Virus record (IMG/VR): IMGVR_UViG_3300028591_000003
Coordinates: 96,001-160,000 of that record
Direction: 5' to 3' (one strand)
Length of the DNA stretch: 64,000 bases
From: a virus
Taxonomy: Duplodnaviria; Caudoviricetes
Positions 46,644 through 59,526 of the stretch are shown one piece after another (the stretch's first letter is position 1; every line of letters starts with the position of its first letter). The notes under the pieces were generated by a model, which was given only the letters and a program-made list of their open reading frames with translations, did no database searches and had not been told where the DNA came from. Both the position numbers and the translations under genes were made by a program.

Positions 46644-49600
46644 AAATAAGACCTAAAATACCTATGCTTTAGGGAGGTAATAATATTTTGTACAATGGAA
46701 TTAGATATCCCCATGCTTATGATACTTCTAGATTAGTCAATCCGTTAAATTTTGGAGAAGCTTGGGCATCTAGAACTAATGGCTATGGTAGAGGTCGTTA
46801 TGTTCCAAATCCAAGTTTTTCTAGAGATTATGTTAGAAATATAGAGTTAAATAATACTTATTATAAAAGATTTACTGATGCATTGTTTAATACAGACGGA
46901 ACTCTATCTAATGTAGGTAAGGCATATGCAAGATTATCTGACGATCTTCTTCCAAAAAATTCTTTAGCAAGAGTTTATGATGGAAATTAGATGAGATCTA
47001 ATTGGACTACTACAAACAATGATACTTATGGAAGGCCTGGAAAAAGTTTTAATAATGTAAAAGATTATTTGTACTATGAACGTAATGATAATTTACCTGG
47101 AGGAAGACATAATGTTTTCTTAGATAAAGGTAAACGTTATTTTTATGTAGATAACGAAGGAAAGTATCATTGGGTAAGTCCAGAAGATGCTGGTAAATAT
47201 TAGGTTTCTAAAGAACCTGTAGAATATGGTTGGGGAGATGATGGAGTTTATTGGGAAGACTACGAGATTACTCCGTTAAAGATTACTCCAGTAATTAAAG
47301 AAGAAAAATTAGGAGCACCAAAACCATTAGAGATTGATGATAAAATACAAAAAGTAATAGAAGAAAGAAAAAAGACACAAGTACCAGCCGGTGAAGGTGG
47401 AAAAAAATACGGTTTTGATTGGAATAAAATAAAAGAAGGTCTTTAGGGAATATTAACTAATCCTAATTTGTATGCTATGGGTAGATTAGCTGGAAATTTA
47501 GCTAATAACGAAAGAGTATATGATGAACAAATTCAAGGAATAAGACCTACATTAAAACAAACTTACAATACATACAGACAAGTTGTAGGTGATGAAGCTA
47601 CTAAGCAAGCATATTACAGGAGAGCGACACAAGGATAGACTAAAGCTTCTAGACCATTTACTTCAGATGCTGATAGACAAATGGCTTATTAGCAAGAGGC
47701 TAAAAGAACAGGAGATGAACTAAAAGCACAAGGAGACTTAGCTGATAATCAAAGGATTAGAGAAACTTCTGAATAGTCTTCTCAACATTCAGATGCTAAT
47801 AGACAACGTGCTACTGAAGTAGCAAACTATAATATAGCTTCTATAAATCAAGCAAATGCTTTAAAACATAATCTTCTTTCTGAGAAACATTCTGCATAGT
47901 GGTCTTCTATTGATAACTTTTTATAGGGAATTGAATATAGAAAAAGATAGCAATTAGCTGAACAATAGTCTTTAGAAGATTAGATATACTTATTAGGTCA
48001 AGAAGGTTTTCAATATACTCCTGAATATAGAGATGCTTATAAAGCTTATAATGATGTATTAGAGAAACATAAAAAATCGGATGAAAGTTATGATTATGAT
48101 GATCCAGATGTAATTTAGGCTAGAGGAATATTTTAGAATTTTATAAATAAACATAAAATAGAATAGCTTAAAAATTTACGAAATTATAGAAGAAACAGAA
48201 ATTCATTTATAGATATTGCAAAATCTGGAACTAAAATAACACATAAAAAGAAAGACGATTTGTTATATAAATCAACTAAAGATGTTGTAGAACACTTTAG
48301 AAAAATGTCTAAATTATCTTCAGATGCTTTAAATAGAAAACAACCTAAAATAGAAAAGCTCGCACCACACCCCAAAGGAAAGACTAGACGATATTAGTAG
48401 GGTGGAGTGGCCCCTTTTACAATTTACAAACCAGTAACTCTTGGTGGAGAAACCACAACAACTTCACAAAAAAGTACTTCAAGTACTACTAAATCTTCTT
48501 CGGGAGTTTTAGATTTGATGAAGGATTTATTTAAAAGTTTATCTAGTGAAGGAATTCCTTCTGATGTAAATAGTCTATATATAGCAATGAGTAATTTAAT
48601 GTAGAAACAAAATTTATTTGGAAATGAAATTAGTTCCGATGATCTTGCTAGTATGTATTTACAACAAATGTAGAAAATAAACAATATTAAATTCTTTAAA
48701 AAATAGTATGATGATGTTTCTAAAATTGTAAATGAAAAAGGAGCTATATCTGAATTTGCTATTGATTAGTATGGAAGAGTTGCTACTTAGAACGTAGAGA
48801 ATGGAAAAATTGAATATAAAAAATTAGATGATATTGATCCAAAAAAGAATAATCCTCTTACTAACGGAGATTTATTAAATCTAAGAGCAGTTGATCCTAA
48901 CTTAGCATTTAATTCTAATGTATTACAAGTTGTTGGAAATGCAACTAGTATGGAAGAAATAGCAAAATTCTTAAAAGCACAACTTCCTAAAATAGGTTCT
49001 TCTGAAATAGAAGGATATACTAAACAAGATGCTAATTTTATTAGACAAGGTATTCAAGTATTAAAAGACGCTCCTAATGGAGATTATAAATATAATGATA
49101 AGAATTCTGTTTAGTAGGCTAAAATGGCAATAAATTATTTAACTTCTATTTTACCTAGTAATATGAAGAATTTATTAAGAGTAAATTCAGCTATGACTGG
49201 AACATCTCCTGATGCAATTATTGCTTCAATGGTCGGAGCAGAACTTGATGAAAGCAATACTTTAGATGCTGTTAGCGGAAAAGCTGCTAGTAAAGATGGA
49301 AGTTCTAAAGATGGTTCAGATGGATTAAAATTAAATGCTGCTACTGCATTAATTACAGGAAAAGGATATAAATCTGAAATAGAATTAAATCCTGGAAGTA
49401 GTTATGCTGTAAAAGTGTTAGGAAGGTATTCTGAATTTTAGAAAAATAGTGGAGAAAATATGGGGGCTGGAACTTCTATGCAAGAAGCAACTGAATCTAC
49501 AGTAAAAGGAAATTTAGATTGGAATAAAGCTACAATAGGAGGTTCTAGAATAATTCCTACTGCTTATAATCAAGTAATATTAAATAACGGTGAAGTTGTA

Positions 49601-50164
49601 GGAATGGATTTACCTGTTGATCCAAGTAATCCAGATATTCCAGATTTTGAAATATTAAAACAATTAGAAAATCTTGATAAATAGTTAAGATTAAATAATA
49701 TTGAAGACAATGGAGAAAACTGGCAATAGATAAATGAAATATGTGATAAATTAGGAATTCCTCATAAATATAATTCTTCTGGAAATCTTAATCAATAGAA
49801 TTGGAAAAGATTTGCAGCATTTCAAGTAACTACTCCAGATACCGCATTAGTTGATAAAAATGTAATTTTAGATATGGTAGGAGTAGCTAATGATTAGGAA
49901 AGAGAATTATATAATAATTTTATACAACAAAAAAATAACGATAAAAATTTTGAATTATCAGATAGCTTCTTAGGATTTATAGGACATAGAGATGAACTAT
50001 ATAAAGGAACTGTGTTTGTCCCAATAAAAGAAAGTATAGTTGCTTCTGCTATTAGTAGTGGACAAGATATATATATGACTCAAGCTACAAATTTAGAACT
50101 TCGAGAATAGAGATATGATTAGTCTAAGATAAATTCATATAAAAAACCAGAACATAAATTATGA
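46640..50164 (+). CDS. Putative cargo protein (1174 aa), possibly a two-module fusion
   Basis: ATGA overlap. ORFs 46688, 46991, 48407, 49124 and 49460 are in one frame, and 47204-48407 was read without finding TAA/TGA. TGA 50162-50164. Confidence 0.7.
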
Positions 50165-53100
50165 AAGAACATGATTATTTTTTAGAATTAATGTCCAATC
50201 CAACTTTTAGTCCAAAAGATTTTTAGTTGGTTGGACTAGATTCTTCAAATACTGAATTATTAAACAAAGATAAATATAAAAATTCTCAAACTGTTCAAAA
50301 TTTCGATTTGTTTTAGACAAATGGAGAATTTGATGAAAAAAAATTCGACTTAGCCTATGAATAGGCATTATAGCAATATAATGAATTATCAAACTTGACT
50401 GAATCTTATAAACCGTTTTATAGAAATGATATATTTGCTCCTGAAAATTTAAAAAATAAAAATTAGGAATTTAAAATAACTAAAATTGCAAATCCACTTC
50501 GTTAGTAGAGAGGTTTTGTAGATTTTGGAATATAGGAAAATCCAACAAAATCAGTTAGAGAATTAGCAGAAGCTAATGTACAATATGATTATAAAACTGG
50601 ACAATGGCTAGAAAGTCCTAATGAAAGATGGTGGGATAATTTTTTTAATCCTAAAGTATTGGCTTAGTGGGATTTTGATGCAGATGAAAATGGTAATCCA
50701 ACAACCGATAAAGATAAAATAGTATATCATAAAGGAGAAAAGAAAATAGATCCTATAACTGGAACATATTATTATGAGTCTTTAGGTGATAGAAATATAT
50801 ATGGAAGAGATGTTCTTTCAGGATTTGATACTTTGACTACTGATGGTTCTGCTTGGAATGAATATGATTTTTTTGATTCTGATGATATTGAAAAATCTAC
50901 TTTTGGAAGTTTAAGTAGAACTGTAGCTCAAATAGTTCCAGTATTCATACCATATGTCAATACTGCATATATGATAGCTAGAGTAGGACTTGGACTTTCA
51001 GAAATACTTCCTACAATAGGAAAAATTTTCTTAGGAAGTGATAATGAATTAATGTCTCAAATAGAAGGATGGAATAAAGCTTTTAGTTTCTCCACTTCTG
51101 ATTCTACACAAGGTTCTGAAGAATTAGGAATAGAGGCTGATCCGTGGACAATGGAAACAGGATTAAAACTTATTTCTGATGTATTCACTCAATTAGCAGA
51201 ACAAAGATTTTTATTTAAATATGGAAACGCAATTGCTTCTAGAATAAATCCTAAATTATTAGGAGAAGGAAAAGAAGCAGAAAAAGCTAGACGAGCTTAT
51301 TTAGAATCTCAAGCAGCTTTAGAAGGATTTAATTTAAATGTACTTAAAAGAGCTAAATCTAAAGAAGAATTAGATTTAATATTAAAATCAGAATAGGGAA
51401 TTAAATGGGCAAGAGCCAAAGCAGCTTTAAACGAACGTTTAAAAGTTGGATAGAATATTGCTAAAAATGCTTCAATGGCGTACATGACAGGAATAACTAC
51501 TGCAAGTTCTTATGGTGAAGCAAAGTAGCAAGGTGCTACAGATTTTGAAGCAGCTGCTTTTGCTATAGGCTATTCTTTAGGCGAATGGCAAATATTAAGA
51601 AGTGATATAGGTAAATGGATTCTTCCAGAATTAAAACTAGAAAAATTTGAAAATTAGAGTATTGCTAAAGCATTAGAATCTGTTACCGACAAAGAGGCAA
51701 AAAGTTTAATTAATCAAAAAACTACTAAAGAAAAAAAGAAAAATCTTTTTAGAAAAATTGTTGATTTAGGAAAACAAGCTGCTACAGGACATTATGCAGA
51801 TAGTACTATCACTAATACAGCTAAAATAACTACAGCTGCAGCTCTTTCTGAAGGAGTAGAAGAAACCTCAGAAGAATTATTACTTGACTTTTCTAAAACT
51901 GTATTTAATATTGCTACTGAATTAGGAAGCGGTGCTAAATTTGATGATAATTGGAAAGATATGGCTACTCGTTACGGAATGAGTTTTATAGGAGGTGCTA
52001 TTGGTGGTGGAATAGCTACTGGACTTCCTGGATATAGAGCTGCCAGACAAAGACAAAAAGACATAATTGAAAGTATAAATAATCCAGACGCAAATACACA
52101 AGCATATAGAAAACTTGTAAATAAAGCATTGAATGGACAATTAGATGAATATAGAGATACTGTTAGAAAAATGAATTTTGCAAAAGAGTCATTATCTGAT
52201 AGAGAAATAATAAATTCTGATGGGACTATATCTTATGAACCAGCTAATTCTTACGAAGATAGTTAGGATTATAAAGTTAAACAAATACTTATTAAACAAG
52301 CTGATATTATTGAAGATATTTTAAATTCTCATGGAGCAGAATTTAAATTATCTGACAATCAATTACTCGATGAACTTACTAGAAAACAATTAAGATTTTA
52401 TAGTTTATTAGGTAGTAATGTTTTAGGAGTATATACTAATGAATATTAGAATTATATTACTAAATTAGTTGATGTTGCTGCTAAAGTTGATTAGTTAGAA
52501 AAAAGAAAAAACGGAGTTCCTAAAGGAGAATCGGATTCTGCTGAAAGAGAAGCTAAAAAAGAAAAAGAATAGTGGACAGCAACTGATGAAGCAGAATTAA
52601 AGAAACGTAAAGATGAATTAAAGGAAATCCAAGATAGACTTAAGATGTATCGTGATGGTACAATGGCAAATGAGTTTATTGCTGAAGCATTATTTGAAAT
52701 GACTGTTCCTATTTCTTCTGTTTATGGACCTACAGGATTAGTCCAATGGATAGAAGATGTTGAAGGTAAAAAATATGAAGAACTCAATTCTACGGAAGAA
52801 GGAAAAGCTAGAATAAAAGAATTAACAAAATAGTGGACAGATGGAAGTATTGCTAGAAGAGAAATAGTTCATAGAAATTATTAGGTTTTTAAACATAATC
52901 AACAAGCATTTAACAATCTTCTTAAAAAATACGAGTAGAATTATTTTACTGATAATGAAGAAAATGTAATAAGAAATCTTGAAGAAATATTTTTAGGTGA
53001 TAGAGGACGAGAAAAATCTTTAACATAGTCTAGAGATATTATAGGAACTACTGAACTTTATGCATTAGATGGTTTAAGAATAGCTGGAGTAGCTAATTTT

Positions 53101-56100
53101 GGACTTACTGAAGATATTCTTAATACTTTATTATAGGGAATAAAAGGAAAAGTTGATTAGAATACATCTTCCGACTTTGAAAATAAATTAAATTCTTTTA
53201 AAGAATCTTTTGAAGAACATTATGGATTTAAAGTACCCTAGACTATAGAAGAATATTAGAATTTAACTTCAGAATAGAGGTAGAAGTTAAATGATGATTA
53301 CAAAGAAACAGTATTACAATGGCAGCCCATTCCAACTAATACTGAAGAAAATTTTTAGAATATTATAAGAAAAATTTAGGAATAGTTTGTTTAGGAAAAA
53401 ATTGAAAGTTATGAAGACTTTATATCATAGTTTATTCAAAATGTTGATGTATAGGATTAGTTAATTAATATATTTAAGTAGGCTAAATATATAACTCCAG
53501 CTACAAAATAGTATTTAAAAACATTTATTAACTCAGCAAATGTAACTAATTAGAAAATTAAAGATAGATTAAATCAAGCAATTAATTCTATTAAATCTTC
53601 TCCACTAGAAGAATTATTAAGTCAAATGGTTTATTCTCTAACATAGTCTGGATTTGATACTACAGGAATGGTTACAGATTTAGCTTAGTTAATGAATGAT
53701 TTAGCACAGGGAAGTAACTTAGGAGAATTTTCTTATTCAGAAGAAGTAGAAAGAAAAATAAATAATACTATTAAATTAATTGATATAGCTGCTGCACATA
53801 TAAATGCTGCTAAAACTGAATATTATGGAACAATAGGTGATACTTTTGGATATAATAGTACAGTAAATGAACTAGCAGAAAAATATCCTCCAGAAACTGA
53901 AGAGAAATCTAAAACTAAAAAAGTTGAAAAACTTCCAGAATTACAAACTGGAACTGCTGATAGTATGCTTCATGAATTAGCTAAACTTAGAAATGATTTA
54001 ACTTTTTATAAAAAATTATATGATGCTAATAGTTCGACAAAACTTACAGAACATTTAAAACAAGAAGCTAAAATAAATCAAATTTATTATGCTAATATAT
54101 AGAAACTATCTGTAGAAATTCCTGACGATTGGGGAGAAGAAAAATCTGAATTAATTAAAGCTATAAATGATGCTACTACTTTAAAGAATACTAAGGATAA
54201 AGAAGAAAAACTTTCTTTAGAAGAGAGAAAAGCTATATTTAAAGAAAAACTTAGAATAGAAAAAGCAATATATAATCTCTTTTAGAAACATCAAATTAAA
54301 GATTTAAATCAATTTAAACAATTATTTAAAGAATTCTTAGATTTTGATGAGGAAAAAACATCTACTATAAATGTAGATATGAAAAGAGAAGACAATGCCG
54401 ACTTTATCTGGTATATAGCATCTTTAATAGCAACTGATCCAGAAGCTGTCTATAAAGAATATATAGAAGCTACTGACGATCCAAGATATACTCCTGTTAT
54501 AGGTCAAGAAGAAGCAATAAGAAGAGCTTATTCTTATTTGATAAATCCTAAAACTTTTGAAGAATTTCAAGGATATGTGAATCAAGTTGTCGAAGAATAG
54601 GTTACTGCCGAAGGAAAAATTAAAGGATTTGATGTTGCAAATTATATATTATCATCAAGACATTTTTTAATTGAAGGTGATCCTGGAAGTGGTAAAACTT
54701 CCGCTACTTATAATACTATTGTAAGAATGTTAGCTAAAAATCATCCAGAATTATTAGAAGATGTTTGGATAGTTAGTAATTCAAAAGAAAATGCGGCTAA
54801 TACAGCTAAAGAATTAGGGTTAGAGCATGTTACAACATTATCTAAAAAACAGTATTTTGAAGAAATTAATGATGGATATTAGAATAGAATAGTAAATGAT
54901 GAATTTATACTATTAGAAGATGATGTTACGAAAGATAATAAAGGAATTTTCCATTATAAAAACGAAACTTTAAAGGAAGTAAAAGTTCCAAAACTTATCC
55001 TTTTTGATGAGATTTCTTCTTTTTCACAACAAGATTTATTATTGTCTGATAAATTCTTAAGAAAAAATAATTTATATTCATTAGCTGCTGGAGATTTTAA
55101 ATAGTTGGGAGTTTCTGGATATATATTAAAAAATGATGGACCAAAAGATAATAAAGGTAATATTATTAAATATGACAAATATTATGATCCAGAAGATAAC
55201 AGACCAGTTTTTGTAGGTTTAGGAAATGCTAATTTTATAGGTTCTTGGAAATTAGGAACCTCTATAAGAAGTAATAATTCTTATAAATCTGGAAATATAT
55301 CTAAAATAGGATTATAGTTTAATACTATATTTGATAATATGGCAAAGATAGAAAATGGAGTTTCTCCTATTGTTCTTTCATATTATGAAGATCCTAATAG
55401 AGGATTATTTGGAGATAAAATAGAAACAGATATAGATAAAGCTATAGAAACTATAAAAATAATGTTAGATACTCTTGCTCCTGATACTGTAAAAATAAAT
55501 AAAAATGGAGAAAAAGAAATTGTAAAAAATGTAATTAATTTTATAACTGATAATCCAGGAAGTGAATTAGCTATTGCTATTAATAATTTATCTAAATCAG
55601 AAAAATATAAAGATAGAATAAAAACAGTAACAGCTGGAGCATCTTAGGGGCAAGAAGGACAATATTATATTATAGATTTACAAAAAACTTTTGGAAGTGC
55701 ATTAATAGATGCTGCTAATAATCAAAATGAAGGGTTAAGTGAAGCTACTAAAGCACAAAACTTTATAAAAGGATTTTATACTGCAATATCTAGAGCTAAA
55801 CAGGGTTCTTTAATATTTGGACATTATGGAAATCCTGGAATGGATAATATAAAGATATTTACATCTATTCCACAAGCTAAATATCAAGAAAATAATTTAT
55901 CTCAATCAGTTAAAGATGCTAATGCTAAAGAGAGAAGAGATATAATTAATAGTGCTATAGAAAATAAAGATGCAGCTACTCCTTCTATAAACTGGTCTAA
56001 TACTGAATAGAAATAGCAAGAAGAACCCGAACAAGAAGAAACGGTTCCAGATGAAGAAATAGTTTCTAAAGAGGAAGTTCAGAAAAGAAATATTGATCCT

Positions 56101-59100
56101 CCAGTAGTAATTAAAAATGAAGAAGAAGGAAAATTAAATATCCTTATTCATACATTTATGTGTAATGAAACTGGATGTAAAGTAATTGATAGTTCTGGAA
56201 ATCTTAATGCAACTATGGATCCTATGGAGAATGAGGCTTAGTTGTAGTTAGGTGATTTTCATGAGGATAGAATTGATAATATTCATGGACTTGTTAAATT
56301 ATTTGAAAACAGTGGAATTAGACTTCCTTTTGAAACATATGATGATGAAGGAAAACTAGTAAGTGGAGTAAAAATTAACAATTAGGGAATTATTACTGAA
56401 GGTAAAGAACAGTTAATTACTTTACTAAATCAACTTAGAGAAGCTGGACGTAATTGTGATGATTATAATACTTTAGTGACTGTAGTACAAAATTTATTAG
56501 GAACTGATAAAGCTCTTGGAATAGATTTTATATATGACTAGTATTATGAGGATTATAATGGAAATACTAAGGAAGCTTTCGAAAACGATGAAGAATTATC
56601 TAAATATAGAGAGCGTTATAAAGGACAAGATGAAAATCTTTCTGGAATAATTAACGATGATAATGAGGAACCTATAATACGTCAACCTAGAAATGCTGTT
56701 ATTTCTATGGTAATTACTTTAGAAAATGGCAAAAAATTAGTAAGAATTCCATTAGCAAAACTAACTTCTCCTTTAACTCTTTTAGGTCAAGAAGAGTTTG
56801 AGGAAATAAAAGAAATTTATGATAATGTAGGAGGAAATTTAACTAAGTTTAAAAAAGCTATAAAACAAGCTTTAATAAATAAAGAAAATATTCCTCATTT
56901 AAAAGAGTTTGCTATGTTACTAGATATTTATCAAGGTACAGCATTTAATAATATTGCATATCTTAATAAATTATTTAATGGGACATTGGCGGGATTTGCT
57001 AAACCTACAGGAATTACTATTACTAATAAACCTAAAGGTGAAGAATATCTTCAGAATGAAAAATATTACTATAGAGGAAAATGGGTTAATCTTTCTAAAT
57101 ATAAGAAATTAATGCCTTGGAGAAATGTTAGTCAAATAATGGTTTGTGTTGATAAAGATCCTATAAAGAAGAATAATAAACAAATTACTCCAGGTAAACC
57201 TTTTGTATTAGTAACTGATGATCCCTTATTGCAGGGTGTTAGTTCTGAAGTATTATTAAAAGAATATGTTAAACAAATAAAAGATTCTACAGCTAAACCT
57301 AGAATTAAATTAGTTGAAGTAATTCCTCCTTCATTAGAGACTGAACGTTATTTATTTAATCTTTATACAGCTTTAAATACTCATAAGGATAAAAATAAAG
57401 AAGTTGATAAAGATTTAGGAACTAAAAATACTGCTTTTAGATTATTATCTTAGGCTATATTAAAATAGGATAGTCCTTTCATAACTGAATATGAAAAATT
57501 TATTAAGGATAATATTAAGGATAAAGTAGTAAAAATAAACGGATAGGATGTAAATTTATATAAGAAAACTGTAGCAGAATTCAAAGCATTACAAGAATTA
57601 GTAAAAGCTTTGTTAGATTATGAAAAGAAAAATAATACACATTCTTTATATAATTTATTAAATAGTCCTATCACTTCTTTAGATAAGAATAATTCAGAAA
57701 TAAAGAGTATTTTAGATTTACTAAAATATAATGTTGAAGGAGAATCTAAACCAAGATTTTTATAGCCTACTAATAATGATAAATTAACTCTTAGACATCT
57801 TTTTTAGAGAAAATTAAATGAAATGATATTTAATACTGCTCTAGGCAGTTCTGAAAAAGTTGTTAGAAAAAATGGAGATAATATAGAATATTTAAAACCA
57901 GAAATAGAATAGAGGGTTAAATCATTTATTGATACAATTGAATGGAAAGAAGTTCAATTACATACTAGAGTAAAAAATGGAAGTAATTTTGATCCTATTG
58001 AAATTGACGATGAAACTAATTTAAATGTTGCTTTAGTTGAAACTAATTATGGTAATGATTATGCTATAGGTAAAAACGGAGGAGAATATCAAATCAATGG
58101 AAAAATTGATTCTACACAATATTCATTAGATATTGTTCCAATGCTAAAATGGATTCTTACAGGAGCTTTAGGTAGAGATTCTGAAGTTATTGATACTAAT
58201 ATGGATAATGAAAATATATTTGCAGTTACTGACAAAGCGATGCAAATTAAGAAAGGTAATAATGTTCATTATTATGAAGAAACTCCATCTGAAAGAGAAA
58301 CCGAAGAAGAAAAGTTAGCTAAAAAATAGTTAGAATAGGATACTAAAAAATTGAGGGAAATTACTCCACGAGATTTTTCTAAAAAAGGTTTAGGAAAGAA
58401 AAATGATTTTATTGATAAATTTGCTGAACTTGATGAAGAGTCTCGTAAAAAAGTTTTGGAAGATCCGAGAGAATTTATATATTAGACTTTAGGTATTTTA
58501 TGTTCAAAATAGGATGATGGAAAATATAAATTTTTTACAAGTGAAGAAATTAGAAAAGCTCAAAATGTTAAATTTAATTCTGATGGTACTACTTCATTTA
58601 CTTTAAATGGAGACCCTTGGATTTTAGATAGTAATGAGGCTAAATTAGATGATAGTAAGTTTATTATACCTGAAGGAGCAGTAAAAATTATAAATAACTC
58701 CATCTATAGTTCAAATGCATATTCTGCTAAATTGATAGACCATGGAAACAATAATTTTGCTATTGAAATATATGATAGAAATGGCAATAGAATAGCTGTA
58801 GGAGATAGTAGTATATCTGAATATAATACTCTAACTGGAAGTAATTTACCTGAACCTCAATAGAATATAATAAAATCTAAATATAAAGTAGGAGATATTA
58901 TTGATATATATACATCAGAAGGAGAATCTCAAGGAGAAGATGGACAATGGACTATATTTGAAATAATAGATCGTCCTAAATATGGACCTGTTTATAGACT
59001 TAGAGGAAACAAAGGTCAAACATTAAATCTTGCTATAGAATAGGTAGATAGTAATTCTAATAAATATAGATTATATAATCCTTTTACAGGTTTTGAAGAA

Positions 59101-59526
59101 AGAAATCCTGATGTAATACAATCTTTAATTAATGTTGATAAACAAGGAGATAAAAGTATGTTGTATGGATTTATATTCCCTATGAATGATACTAGTAATG
59201 CTGACGTTCTAGCTCTTAATTTAATGTTTAAACTTAAATTACCATTCTGTTATCAGGCGAAGTTAAATCCAAATATTCCTATTAAAGGTACTGATAAAAC
59301 TTTTGCTTAGTGGAAATAGGAATTATTAAGTACTTCAGAAGGAGTTAAATTATTAGAATCTGTTTAGACAGAAATGCAAAAATACTTATCAGAGAAAGAT
59401 ATTATCGAAAAAGATAATACAGATAATAAATATGTAGAAGATGGAAAAAAATACATATCTTGTAGTAATGCAAAATTTTAATTGAAAATTTTATGGGAAA
59501 AAATTGTAGATTAGGAGACGAATTAA
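50161..59526 (+). CDS. Giant putative virion cargo protein (3121 aa) with an embedded superfamily-1 helicase domain
   Basis: Nine track ORFs (50833 to 58141) share one frame. Motifs: GDPGSGKT (54676), ILFDE (~54997-55011), GDFK(Q) (TAG 55102), S(Q)GQE (TAG 55645), YTAISRAK (55777). Not every codon was checked by hand. Confidence 0.75.
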
